From: a virus
Lineage: Duplodnaviria > Caudoviricetes
Reading direction: 5' to 3' (one strand)
IMG/VR virus record: IMGVR_UViG_3300017714_003003
Location: 1-24,520 of that record
DNA length: 24,520 nt
Position 1 is the first letter of the stretch; each line of letters starts with the position of its first letter. Position numbers and translations under genes: made by a program. Below the pieces are notes generated by a model. That model saw only the letters and a list, made by a program, of their open reading frames with translations. It had not been told where the DNA came from and ran no database searches. Below are positions 18,065 to 24,520 of the stretch, one piece after another.

Positions 18065-18529
18065 TTGGTGTCAAAACTTAGGAGAGGCATAAGTGCAATT
18101 TTCGTAACATTGATGTTACTCGTTGCTGTTGTATCTTTGGATTCGCATTCCGAGGCTAAAACAAGTTCTGACAAATTTATAATTGATTTCAGAATTAATG
18201 TTTCATATGGGTTAGGTTGGCGAGTAGATACTCCAGATCCATTACCAATAACACCAGGACAGGAATACACTATCAATTTAATGGCAATCAATGATATGGA
18301 TTCTTCTAAAATATCCGAAGTGATGTATGGATATTTGCCACCTGAATTTGCAAGATATTTTCTATTGATTGAATGTTTTTGTTATGATTCTACTAAATTA
18401 AGAGCAAAAGAAGTTGCAGAGCTACCAATAGTGTTCGTAATCGATCCAGCTATCCTAAAAGATAAAAAATTTAAAAAGAATAAAAATATAACTGTTAGGT
18501 TTAATTTTTACCCGCAGATAAAACGTTGA
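18065..18529 (+). CDS. ctaG: CtaG/Cox11-like copper chaperone, divergent
   Basis: N-terminal TM, ECFCY (Cox11 CFCF), ELPIVFVIDP, terminal ITVRFNFYP; start codon uncertain. Confidence 0.7.
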   Translation: MVSKLRRGISAIFVTLMLLVAVVSLDSHSEAKTSSDKFIIDFRINVSYGLGWRVDTPDPLPITPGQEYTINLMAINDMDSSKISEVMYGYLPPEFARYFLLIECFCYDSTKLRAKEVAELPIVFVIDPAILKDKKFKKNKNITVRFNFYPQIKR

Positions 18530-18554
18530 CTAAATCATAATTATAACATATAAT
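18526..18554 (+). promoter_or_regulatory. sigma70-type promoter for tRNA-Ser and downstream genes
   Basis: TTGACT 18526-18531, 17 bp, TATAAT 18549-18554. Confidence 0.8.
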
Positions 18555-18593
18555 AGTTTTAATGTAATTGAATTTTTGTTACAGCAATAAGTG

Positions 18594-18683
18594 GGAGAGA
18601 TGGCAGAGTGGTTGAATGCACCGGTCTTGAAAACCGGCAAAGGCGCAAGTCTTTCCTGAGTTCGAATCTCAGTCTCTCCGCCA
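18594..18683 (+). tRNA. tRNA-Ser(UGA)
   Basis: Acceptor GGAGAGA/TCTCTCC, G discriminator, encoded CCA; anticodon arm CCGGT-CTTGAAA-ACCGG; long variable arm; TTCGAATC T loop. Confidence 0.97.
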
Positions 18684-18702
18684 GATAAAAGAAAGAAGAA
18701 CT

Positions 18703-18945
18703 ATGGCTAAAGTTGACGATAGAAAATTAAATAAAGCTTATGATATAATTTTTCAGCAGGTAGAAAAATTAACTAAAGATGGAGTAGAACCAATTGTAAT
18801 TGCTGGTACGTTAATGGCACAATCGATGAGACTATATAGAACTGTATTATCAGATGATGACTTTGAAAAATTAATGGATACTGTATTTGGTAAGCTGGAT
18901 GAGATTGAACCATATGAGGCAGATGACAAAACTATGCTTCACTAA
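18703..18945 (+). CDS. hypothetical protein (80 aa)
   Basis: ORF fills the gap between tRNA and ferredoxin. Confidence 0.7.
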   Translation: MAKVDDRKLNKAYDIIFQQVEKLTKDGVEPIVIAGTLMAQSMRLYRTVLSDDDFEKLMDTVFGKLDEIEPYEADDKTMLH

Positions 18946-18970
18946 ATATGTATAAAATAGAAATAAAAAT

Positions 18971-19339
18971 ATGACCTATTATGTAAATCAAGCCTGTGTA
19001 ATGTGTAAACATACTGACTGTGTAGAGGTATGCCCAGTTGACTGTTTCTATGAAGGCGAAAACTTTTTAGCAATCAACCCAGATGAATGTATTGACTGTG
19101 GAGTCTGCGAACCAGAATGTCCTGTTGATGCAATCAAACCAGACTCACACGATGAGCCAGACAAAGATAAATGGATTGAAATTAATAAAAAATATTCAAG
19201 TGGTGATAACAGGTGGCCAGTTTTAACAAAAATGATAGAACAAATGGAAGAAGCAGAAAAATATAATCCAGATACTTACAAAGAAGATAAGATGTCTTTG
19301 TTATCAGAAAAACCAGGACCAGGAGATGAAGGACGATGA
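18971..19339 (+). CDS. fdxA: dicluster ferredoxin, FdxA family
   Basis: [21 protein letters not shown]...[12 protein letters not shown]. Confidence 0.95.
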   Translation: MTYYVNQACVMCKHTDCVEVCPVDCFYEGENFLAINPDECIDCGVCEPECPVDAIKPDSHDEPDKDKWIEINKKYSSGDNRWPVLTKMIEQMEEAEKYNPDTYKEDKMSLLSEKPGPGDEGR

Positions 19340-20376
19340 GTAAAAAATTTAGTGAAAAATGGAAAGAAGAAAAAGAAGCTAAAAAAAGAAAGCGAATGGA
19401 AAAAGATGGAGTCAAAATTGATGCTGAAGTCGGTAAAGGATTAGACAAAGTAATACAAAAAGAAGTTAAGATTGATCTTAACACTCTTAAAGATAAACAT
19501 TTGTTTATTGCAACTCCGGCCTACGGTGGATTAGTTGGAGAAGCATATCTAAAAGCTATGGTAAGAGTAGGTATATTGTTCAAGCAATACAATTTAAACT
19601 TTACACTTTGTACAATAGCAAATGAATCTTTAATTACTCGAGGTAGAAATACACTGACAGCGATGTTTATGTCAGATCCAAAATTTACTGATATGATGTT
19701 TATAGATGCTGACATTCATTTTGAAGCAGAGTCAGTTATAAAGATGTGGGCTTCTTTGTATAGACCACAATCAGAAAATGTAGAAGTTGTAGTTGGAGCA
19801 TATCCTAAAAAAACAATCAACTGGGAACAGATTCATAAGGCAGTAAAAGATGGAGCATCGGTTGAAGAGATGCAACAGCAACAAGGTTCGTATGTTTTGA
19901 ATATGAGAACAGATAACAAAGGTAGAATTCCATTACAAGATGGATTGATTCCTGTGTATGATGGCGGAACAGGTTTTATGATGTACAAAAGACAAGTCAT
20001 ACAGAAGATGTTTGACAAATGGCCTGACTTACATTATAAAAATGACTTAAACACCAATCCTAAGCACGATCCTTATATGTATGCTTTGTTTGATACTACG
20101 ATTGATCCAACAACAAGACGTTATCTGTCTGAAGACTATACTTTTTGTAGACGATATCAAGAATTAGGTGGAACAATTTGGATGGATCCTTCTATTAATT
20201 TAGATCATCAAGGAAACTATTTGTTCAAAGGTAACATTTCTAATCAATTTACATATTCTGGTGAAGCAACACACGAAGAAATGAAAAACATTAATAAAGA
20301 AATGGAAAAAAACATAGCACCAACCCCAAACGAAGGAAAGTCTGAAAGCGATTCAGTTGATGACACAGCACTCTAA
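19336..20376 (+). CDS. GT-A fold glycosyltransferase-like protein
   Basis: [22 protein letters not shown] (DxD), GTGFM, SEDYTFC, LDHQG. Confidence 0.78.
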   Translation: MSKKFSEKWKEEKEAKKRKRMEKDGVKIDAEVGKGLDKVIQKEVKIDLNTLKDKHLFIATPAYGGLVGEAYLKAMVRVGILFKQYNLNFTLCTIANESLITRGRNTLTAMFMSDPKFTDMMFIDADIHFEAESVIKMWASLYRPQSENVEVVVGAYPKKTINWEQIHKAVKDGASVEEMQQQQGSYVLNMRTDNKGRIPLQDGLIPVYDGGTGFMMYKRQVIQKMFDKWPDLHYKNDLNTNPKHDPYMYALFDTTIDPTTRRYLSEDYTFCRRYQELGGTIWMDPSINLDHQGNYLFKGNISNQFTYSGEATHEEMKNINKEMEKNIAPTPNEGKSESDSVDDTAL

Positions 20377-20611
20377 AACTATAAAAAAAGAAATTGACGA
20401 ATTAAAAAGAGAAGTCAGACAACAAGCAATAATAACTAGAAGAACAATAGTTAAGACATCTCAAAAGAATGAAGAATATAGTTTAAGAAGTAAAGTGCAA
20501 AGGCAAGAGAAGAAATTAAAACAAGAACAGTACTTGCGTAGAAAATATCCATCTGTTAATAACGCATACAAGCAGTACCTAATGACAATGAGACTAGTAA
20601 AATCTAAATAA
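20357..20611 (+). CDS. hypothetical basic coiled-coil protein
   Basis: Tightly packed ORF; start 20357 or 20360. Confidence 0.65.
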   Translation: MMTQHSKTIKKEIDELKREVRQQAIITRRTIVKTSQKNEEYSLRSKVQRQEKKLKQEQYLRRKYPSVNNAYKQYLMTMRLVKSK

Positions 20612-20971
20612 ATGACAAACTGGCATAATGTTAATGACCTTTACATCGTTTGCAATAAAAAAGTAGCAAACGTACCAAAGAAAAAAGCAACAATAGATTG
20701 GGTTGGAATAGATTGTGTATACAAAATTAAAGTTAATAACAAAATTGTACACGTGGGCAGGTCGGACACTTGCAAAAAACACGGTGGTGCTGAAAAAACA
20801 AGGAAAGCGATAGTACAATTAATGGGTTGGGAAACACGAAATCCAGGAATTACTACAACAAAGCTATGGGAAAACATTAAAAAAACTCATAAACCAAAAA
20901 TTGGCGATATTAAAATTGGAATTATAGCGACAAACAGTATAGAAAAAGTGTATAATAAAGAAGCAATATGA
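20612..20971 (+). CDS. hypothetical protein, degenerate GIY-YIG-like
   Basis: CVYKI-x7-HVGRS resembles the GIY...YIG spacing. Confidence 0.45.
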   Translation: MTNWHNVNDLYIVCNKKVANVPKKKATIDWVGIDCVYKIKVNNKIVHVGRSDTCKKHGGAEKTRKAIVQLMGWETRNPGITTTKLWENIKKTHKPKIGDIKIGIIATNSIEKVYNKEAI

Positions 20972-21372
20972 TATTCAATAGAAACAAAGATCATCTTTTA
21001 CATCAGGTTTTTAAGAGCTTAAATACTTTTGTGGACAACGATATGTTTAAGCAACACAAAAACGATACTGTAAAATCATTAGAATACCTATCCAAAAGAA
21101 CAGGCGAACTACAACTTGAGTATCAAGAATTAATGTCTTGTTGGAAATGGTATAATCTTGATCGTCCTAACAGGCAATCAAAAGTTGATTTAGCACATAG
21201 TATGATGTACTATGAACAAGATACAAAAATGTTAGCAAGAGCAGTTGCACTAAGAAAATTTTCAGCAAAACTTTTTAAAGGAGGAGATTATGAACCAAAC
21301 ATCGGGACTTTTCAAGCGACACGAAAATCTATCACACAAGGTAGAAATGTTGGAAAAGGAAAGAAAACTTAA
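20968..21372 (+). CDS. hypothetical protein
   Basis: ATGA-coupled to previous ORF; last 83 nt overlap the next gene. Confidence 0.6.
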   Translation: MIFNRNKDHLLHQVFKSLNTFVDNDMFKQHKNDTVKSLEYLSKRTGELQLEYQELMSCWKWYNLDRPNRQSKVDLAHSMMYYEQDTKMLARAVALRKFSAKLFKGGDYEPNIGTFQATRKSITQGRNVGKGKKT

Positions 21373-21463
21373 TAGGACTTTTCAGCACAAAGCAGAATTA
21401 TTAAGACTTAAAAAAGAAAAACTGTTAATTAAAGAACAAATAGAAAGAATAAAGAAGAATTAA
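21290..21463 (+). CDS. 57 aa coiled-coil protein, DUF465/YdcH-like (absent from ORF track)
   Basis: SD AGGAGGAG 21279-21286; MNQTSGLFKRHENLSHKVEMLEKERKLNRTFQHKAELLRLKKEKLLIKEQIERIKKN. Confidence 0.7.
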   Translation: MNQTSGLFKRHENLSHKVEMLEKERKLNRTFQHKAELLRLKKEKLLIKEQIERIKKN

Positions 21464-21464
21464 T

Positions 21465-21887
21465 ATGTACGAGTACAGATGTAAAATAGTAAAAATCATC
21501 GATGGTGATACTGTTGATGTTGATATAGATTTAGGATTTGGGGTATGGATGCACAAAGAACGTGTTAGATTATTTGGCATTGATACTCCAGAGTCAAGAA
21601 CTAGAGATAAAGAAGAAAAGAAATATGGACTAATGTCTAAAAAGTTTGTCCAAGAAAGATATCCAGTTGGTTCAGATGCAATATTAATAACGCACAAAGA
21701 CGCAACTGGAAAGTTTGGACGTATATTAGGTGAGCTAAAATACAATAATACCACAATCAATAAAAAAATGATTACTGAAGGTTATGCAGTTGCATACCAC
21801 GGACAATCAAAAGAAGATGTTGAGTCAGAACACTTAAAAAATAGAAAAAAATTGGACAAGTTGATTACTAAAGTTACTAAAATATAA
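21465..21887 (+). CDS. thermonuclease (SNase-like) family nuclease
   Basis: IIDGDTV, RVRLFGIDTPE, GKFGRILG. Confidence 0.9.
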   Translation: MYEYRCKIVKIIDGDTVDVDIDLGFGVWMHKERVRLFGIDTPESRTRDKEEKKYGLMSKKFVQERYPVGSDAILITHKDATGKFGRILGELKYNNTTINKKMITEGYAVAYHGQSKEDVESEHLKNRKKLDKLITKVTKI

Positions 21888-22123
21888 TGAGACTTGATTT
21901 GCACGGTTTTTCAATTCACGATGCTTGGAGGTTTTTCCACCAATGGGTGCAAGAGGCACAAAAAGATAATACAGTAAAGTCGGTAATAGTTGTAACAGGG
22001 CAAGGACAAATTTATAACGAATTGCCAAGATGGTGTGAAAATATGAGTTTTGTTAGAGATGTCCAGCCACATTTTGGAAGCGGTGCTTATCAAATTAATT
22101 TTTATAAAAAAAGACGTGTATAA
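21887..22123 (+). CDS. stand-alone Smr-domain protein
   Basis: LDLHG, VIVVTGQG, LPRW, GSGAY in 78 aa; TAATG-coupled to SNase. Confidence 0.88.
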   Translation: MRLDLHGFSIHDAWRFFHQWVQEAQKDNTVKSVIVVTGQGQIYNELPRWCENMSFVRDVQPHFGSGAYQINFYKKRRV

Positions 22124-22124
22124 C

Positions 22125-22153
22125 TTGACATCACATATAATTTATAGTATAAT
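22125..22153 (+). promoter_or_regulatory. consensus sigma70 promoter for queD
   Basis: TTGACA 22125-22130, 17 bp, TATAAT 22148-22153. Confidence 0.88.
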
Positions 22154-22169
22154 AACTACATTAATCAAC

Positions 22170-22223
22170 AGAGGACTTTATGCGTCGACCCTCTCTAAAT
22201 ACTCCGCCGTTTATAAAAGGAGA
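22170..22223 (+). promoter_or_regulatory. structured queD leader, riboswitch-like
   Basis: AGAGG/CCTCT stem, 15 nt loop, AAAT tail, loop GCG complementary to tail CGC, CTCC complementary to SD GGAG. Confidence 0.45.
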
Positions 22224-22227
22224 AAAT

Positions 22228-22689
22228 ATGGGTAAACATTTAAGTACAAAACATTACGGACACAACATTGGGTTGAGTGCAGTCTTTAGACAGCCCAACG
22301 CAGATCATTCACATTGTCATTTGCTACACGGATACAGTCTAGCATTTACATTTACATTTGGTTGTGATGAATTAGACAACAAGAATTGGGCAGTAGACTT
22401 TGGTGGACTTAAACCATTAAAGAAATGGTTAGAAGATAACTTCGATCATAAACTTGCACTAGACAAAGCAGATCCACATTTAGAAAAGTTTAAAGAATTA
22501 GAAGCATTGGATCTAGCAGAGATTAGAATATTTGATGGTGTAGGCACAGAGAAATTTGCCGAACACGCCTTTAATTTTGCAGATAAACTTATAAGAGAAG
22601 CAACAAATAATAGATGTTATGTTGTAAGAGTTGAATGTGCAGAACACGGAGCCAATTCAGCCATATACGAATCTGTCGAAAAAAACTAA
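22228..22689 (+). CDS. queD: QueD/6-pyruvoyl-tetrahydropterin synthase family (7-deazaguanine pathway)
   Basis: CHLLHGYS, VDFGGLK, FDHK, GTEKFA, VECAEH; SD AAGGAG favours ATG 22228 over 22180. Confidence 0.85.
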   Translation: MGKHLSTKHYGHNIGLSAVFRQPNADHSHCHLLHGYSLAFTFTFGCDELDNKNWAVDFGGLKPLKKWLEDNFDHKLALDKADPHLEKFKELEALDLAEIRIFDGVGTEKFAEHAFNFADKLIREATNNRCYVVRVECAEHGANSAIYESVEKN

Positions 22690-22695
22690 TAAATA
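22688..22695 (+). promoter_or_regulatory. late promoter variant
   Basis: AATAAATA 5 nt before ATG 22701, same spacing as PAAR gene. Confidence 0.55.
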
Positions 22696-22700
22696 GTTAT

Positions 22701-24302
22701 ATGTTATTAACCTTGCTAACATTATTGTCAGCATTATCTATAAGTGCGGTAGCGATCTTCTATTCTATAGCAGGTCTGGCCGCAATATTCGCCGGTGCGG
22801 CAATTCCTATTATGATAATGGGTACTGTTTTAGAAGTAGGTAAATTAGTTACTGCTTCCTGGCTATATCAAAATTGGAAAAGGTCACCGTTCTTTTTAAA
22901 GTTTTATCTCACGATATCGGTAGTAGTTTTAATGTTTATAACCTCTATGGGTATATTTGGTTTCTTATCCAAAGCACACGTAGAACAAACAGCACCGTCA
23001 ACACTTATTGTACAAAAGATAGATCAAATAGATGAAAGACTAGTACGTGAAAATAGCAAAGTACAAAGATTTACAATAGACTTAGAAAGACTTAATACAG
23101 GTACAAATGTTAGAATTGATACTTTAGTTGATAATGAAGAAGAAAAATTAAATTCAATTTACTCACGTATTGACAAAGAAATATCTGATACATCAGCTAT
23201 TGCCAATACAGCCATAGCAACACAGCAAGAAAGAATTATTCAAGCCAAAGACAGAGCTGATAGAGATATTGCTCAACTAAATGAAGCCAGAAAGAAAACG
23301 TTTGGAAAAAAACGAATTGATGACGAAATAACTAAAATAAGAGATAATGAATTAGCAGTGGCTTCCGCGGCACAAAAAGAAATAATAAAAATACAAGAAA
23401 AATTAAATGCTGATATACAAAATATTAAAGACAAATATCAACCTAGTATTGATGCTATTACATCTAACGTAACAAAATTAACAGGCCAGGCAGAAGACAC
23501 AACAGCAGACATTGACGCAAAAGCAACAGAATTAGAAGGAAAACTTGCAGTTGTATTTGCTAACATTGATGATTTAAATGAGGAGAAGTTTCTATTACAG
23601 TCTAAGATTAAAGAAATAGAAGTAGAAGTTGGACCAATAAAATACATAGCAGAATTTGTTTATGGGCAAGAAGCTAATGCTGACTTGCTAGAGAAATCTG
23701 TTAGATGGGTTATTATTATAATCATATTTGTATTTGATCCACTTGCAGTACTATTATTGATTGCGGCCAACTTCTCGTTGAAAAGAAGATTTGGTAGAGA
23801 TATGGAAGAAATGATTGAAGGTAAATTTGGTGGTGGAAAATTAGATGACTATTGGAAAGATAGATATCAAGATATGAAACAGGACCTTTCGAGATTTAAT
23901 CAAAAAAAAGATAATGAAGATGTTGCTGAAAATGTAGAATCTGTAGTTAGTGCCACGTATAACTTGGGAGAAGTTAGTGTTGATGATTACATAGATGAAG
24001 TAAAATACGATTTACCAGAAGATACTACTAATGATTTAGGTCATCCGAACTATGATTTAATTAACGATGAAGATACTGGACAAAAGAAACATTGGGAAGA
24101 TGTTAATAAAGAAAAACAATTAGAAGAATTCAAAGAGCGTGAAGAAAAAGAAAAAGAAGCATTAGAAGAATATTCTCGTAAAGCTAGAGAAGAAGATGTG
24201 GGAGAGTCAGTTAGCATTCCTGATGATGAAGTAACACCAACTATAATTGAGGATGTTAAAATTACAGATCTAACCGACGACGATGCTAAAAAAAAGACTT
24301 AA
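22701..24302 (+). CDS. membrane protein: N-terminal TMs, long coiled coil, distal TM, acidic tail
   Basis: Hydrophobic start MLLTLLTLLSAL, LEVGKLV, GIFGFLSKAH, EVGPIKYIA, IFVFDPLAVLLLIA; ATG 22701 preferred over 22635. Confidence 0.85.
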   Translation: MLLTLLTLLSALSISAVAIFYSIAGLAAIFAGAAIPIMIMGTVLEVGKLVTASWLYQNWKRSPFFLKFYLTISVVVLMFITSMGIFGFLSKAHVEQTAPSTLIVQKIDQIDERLVRENSKVQRFTIDLERLNTGTNVRIDTLVDNEEEKLNSIYSRIDKEISDTSAIANTAIATQQERIIQAKDRADRDIAQLNEARKKTFGKKRIDDEITKIRDNELAVASAAQKEIIKIQEKLNADIQNIKDKYQPSIDAITSNVTKLTGQAEDTTADIDAKATELEGKLAVVFANIDDLNEEKFLLQSKIKEIEVEVGPIKYIAEFVYGQEANADLLEKSVRWVIIIIIFVFDPLAVLLLIAANFSLKRRFGRDMEEMIEGKFGGGKLDDYWKDRYQDMKQDLSRFNQKKDNEDVAENVESVVSATYNLGEVSVDDYIDEVKYDLPEDTTNDLGHPNYDLINDEDTGQKKHWEDVNKEKQLEEFKEREEKEKEALEEYSRKAREEDVGESVSIPDDEVTPTIIEDVKITDLTDDDAKKKT

Positions 24303-24514
24303 AAATCAGAAAAGAACGAATAAAAAGAATTGACATAAGCGATCAAATTAGTATACAATTAAAAGAAGTAAAAAAAACGATTGATATGGAAGGCATTAAT
24401 AAACGTACTCAAAAAACACTAGCTCTTAATCACGGGGCGAAAGGTGAAACAATCGTGTCCAAGGCTAACAAAGAATGGTTAGACCAGAAATCAGATAAAG
24501 ATAATGAGCGATAA
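24290..24514 (+). other. candidate -1 frameshift site and 72-codon extension
   Basis: A_AAA_AAG 24290-24296, one codon before stop; -1 frame open 24296..24514. Confidence 0.55.
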
Positions 24515-24520
24515 AGAAAT

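Noticed and set aside
17260-19339. Bacterial chromosome origin for the host-like genes
   Set aside because: They are interleaved with phage-type genes and promoters and are not in host operon context (no sufBCD or cox genes)
22050-22235. + strand ORF 22050..22235 and the 22180 start for queD
   Set aside because: The ORF crosses the Smr end, a consensus promoter and the structured leader; queD has a proper SD at ATG 22228
22635-22700. Longer N-terminus of the membrane protein
   Set aside because: Overlaps queD; the hydrophobic sequence and the late promoter point to ATG 22701
85-23647. All minus-strand ORFs in the track
   Set aside because: They are antisense shadows of recognisable + strand genes or of the tmRNA (16644..16859), with no motifs or RBS
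1-24520. Stop-codon reassignment or suppressor tRNA
   Set aside because: Known genes are full length under code 11 and end in TAA, TAG or TGA; anticodon UGA reads Ser UCA codons, not a stop

Overview
AT-rich, gene-dense segment with all genes on the + strand, from a large contractile-tailed (T4-like/myovirus-type) phage. The host is probably an alphaproteobacterium, possibly SAR11-like; this is inferred from a permuted two-piece tmRNA with an alpha-type T-loop, host-like FdxA/SufE/CtaG genes and low GC. Gene order: primase, ClpP, flavodoxin and SF4 helicase; a late-promoter block of probable head-internal proteins; PD-(D/E)XK exonuclease; fibre-like virion protein; class Ia nrdAB; Sm-like protein; PAAR spike; two-piece tmRNA (tag ADENLALAA); speD, sufE, ctaG-like, tRNA-Ser(UGA), fdxA and a glycosyltransferase; GIY-YIG-like, SNase and stand-alone Smr nucleases; queD; and a membrane coiled-coil protein. 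Most notable: (i) Smr nuclease, tmRNA and ClpP together, i.e. the cut, tag and degrade steps of ribosome rescue on one phage; (ii) repeated leaderless promoter-ATG geometry; (iii) a riboswitch-like pseudoknot in the queD leader; (iv) a candidate A_AAA_AAG -1 frameshift at the end of the last gene; (v) a ligase-fold protein carrying a capsid-targeting-like N-terminus. All family assignments come from motif recognition by eye, not from database searches.
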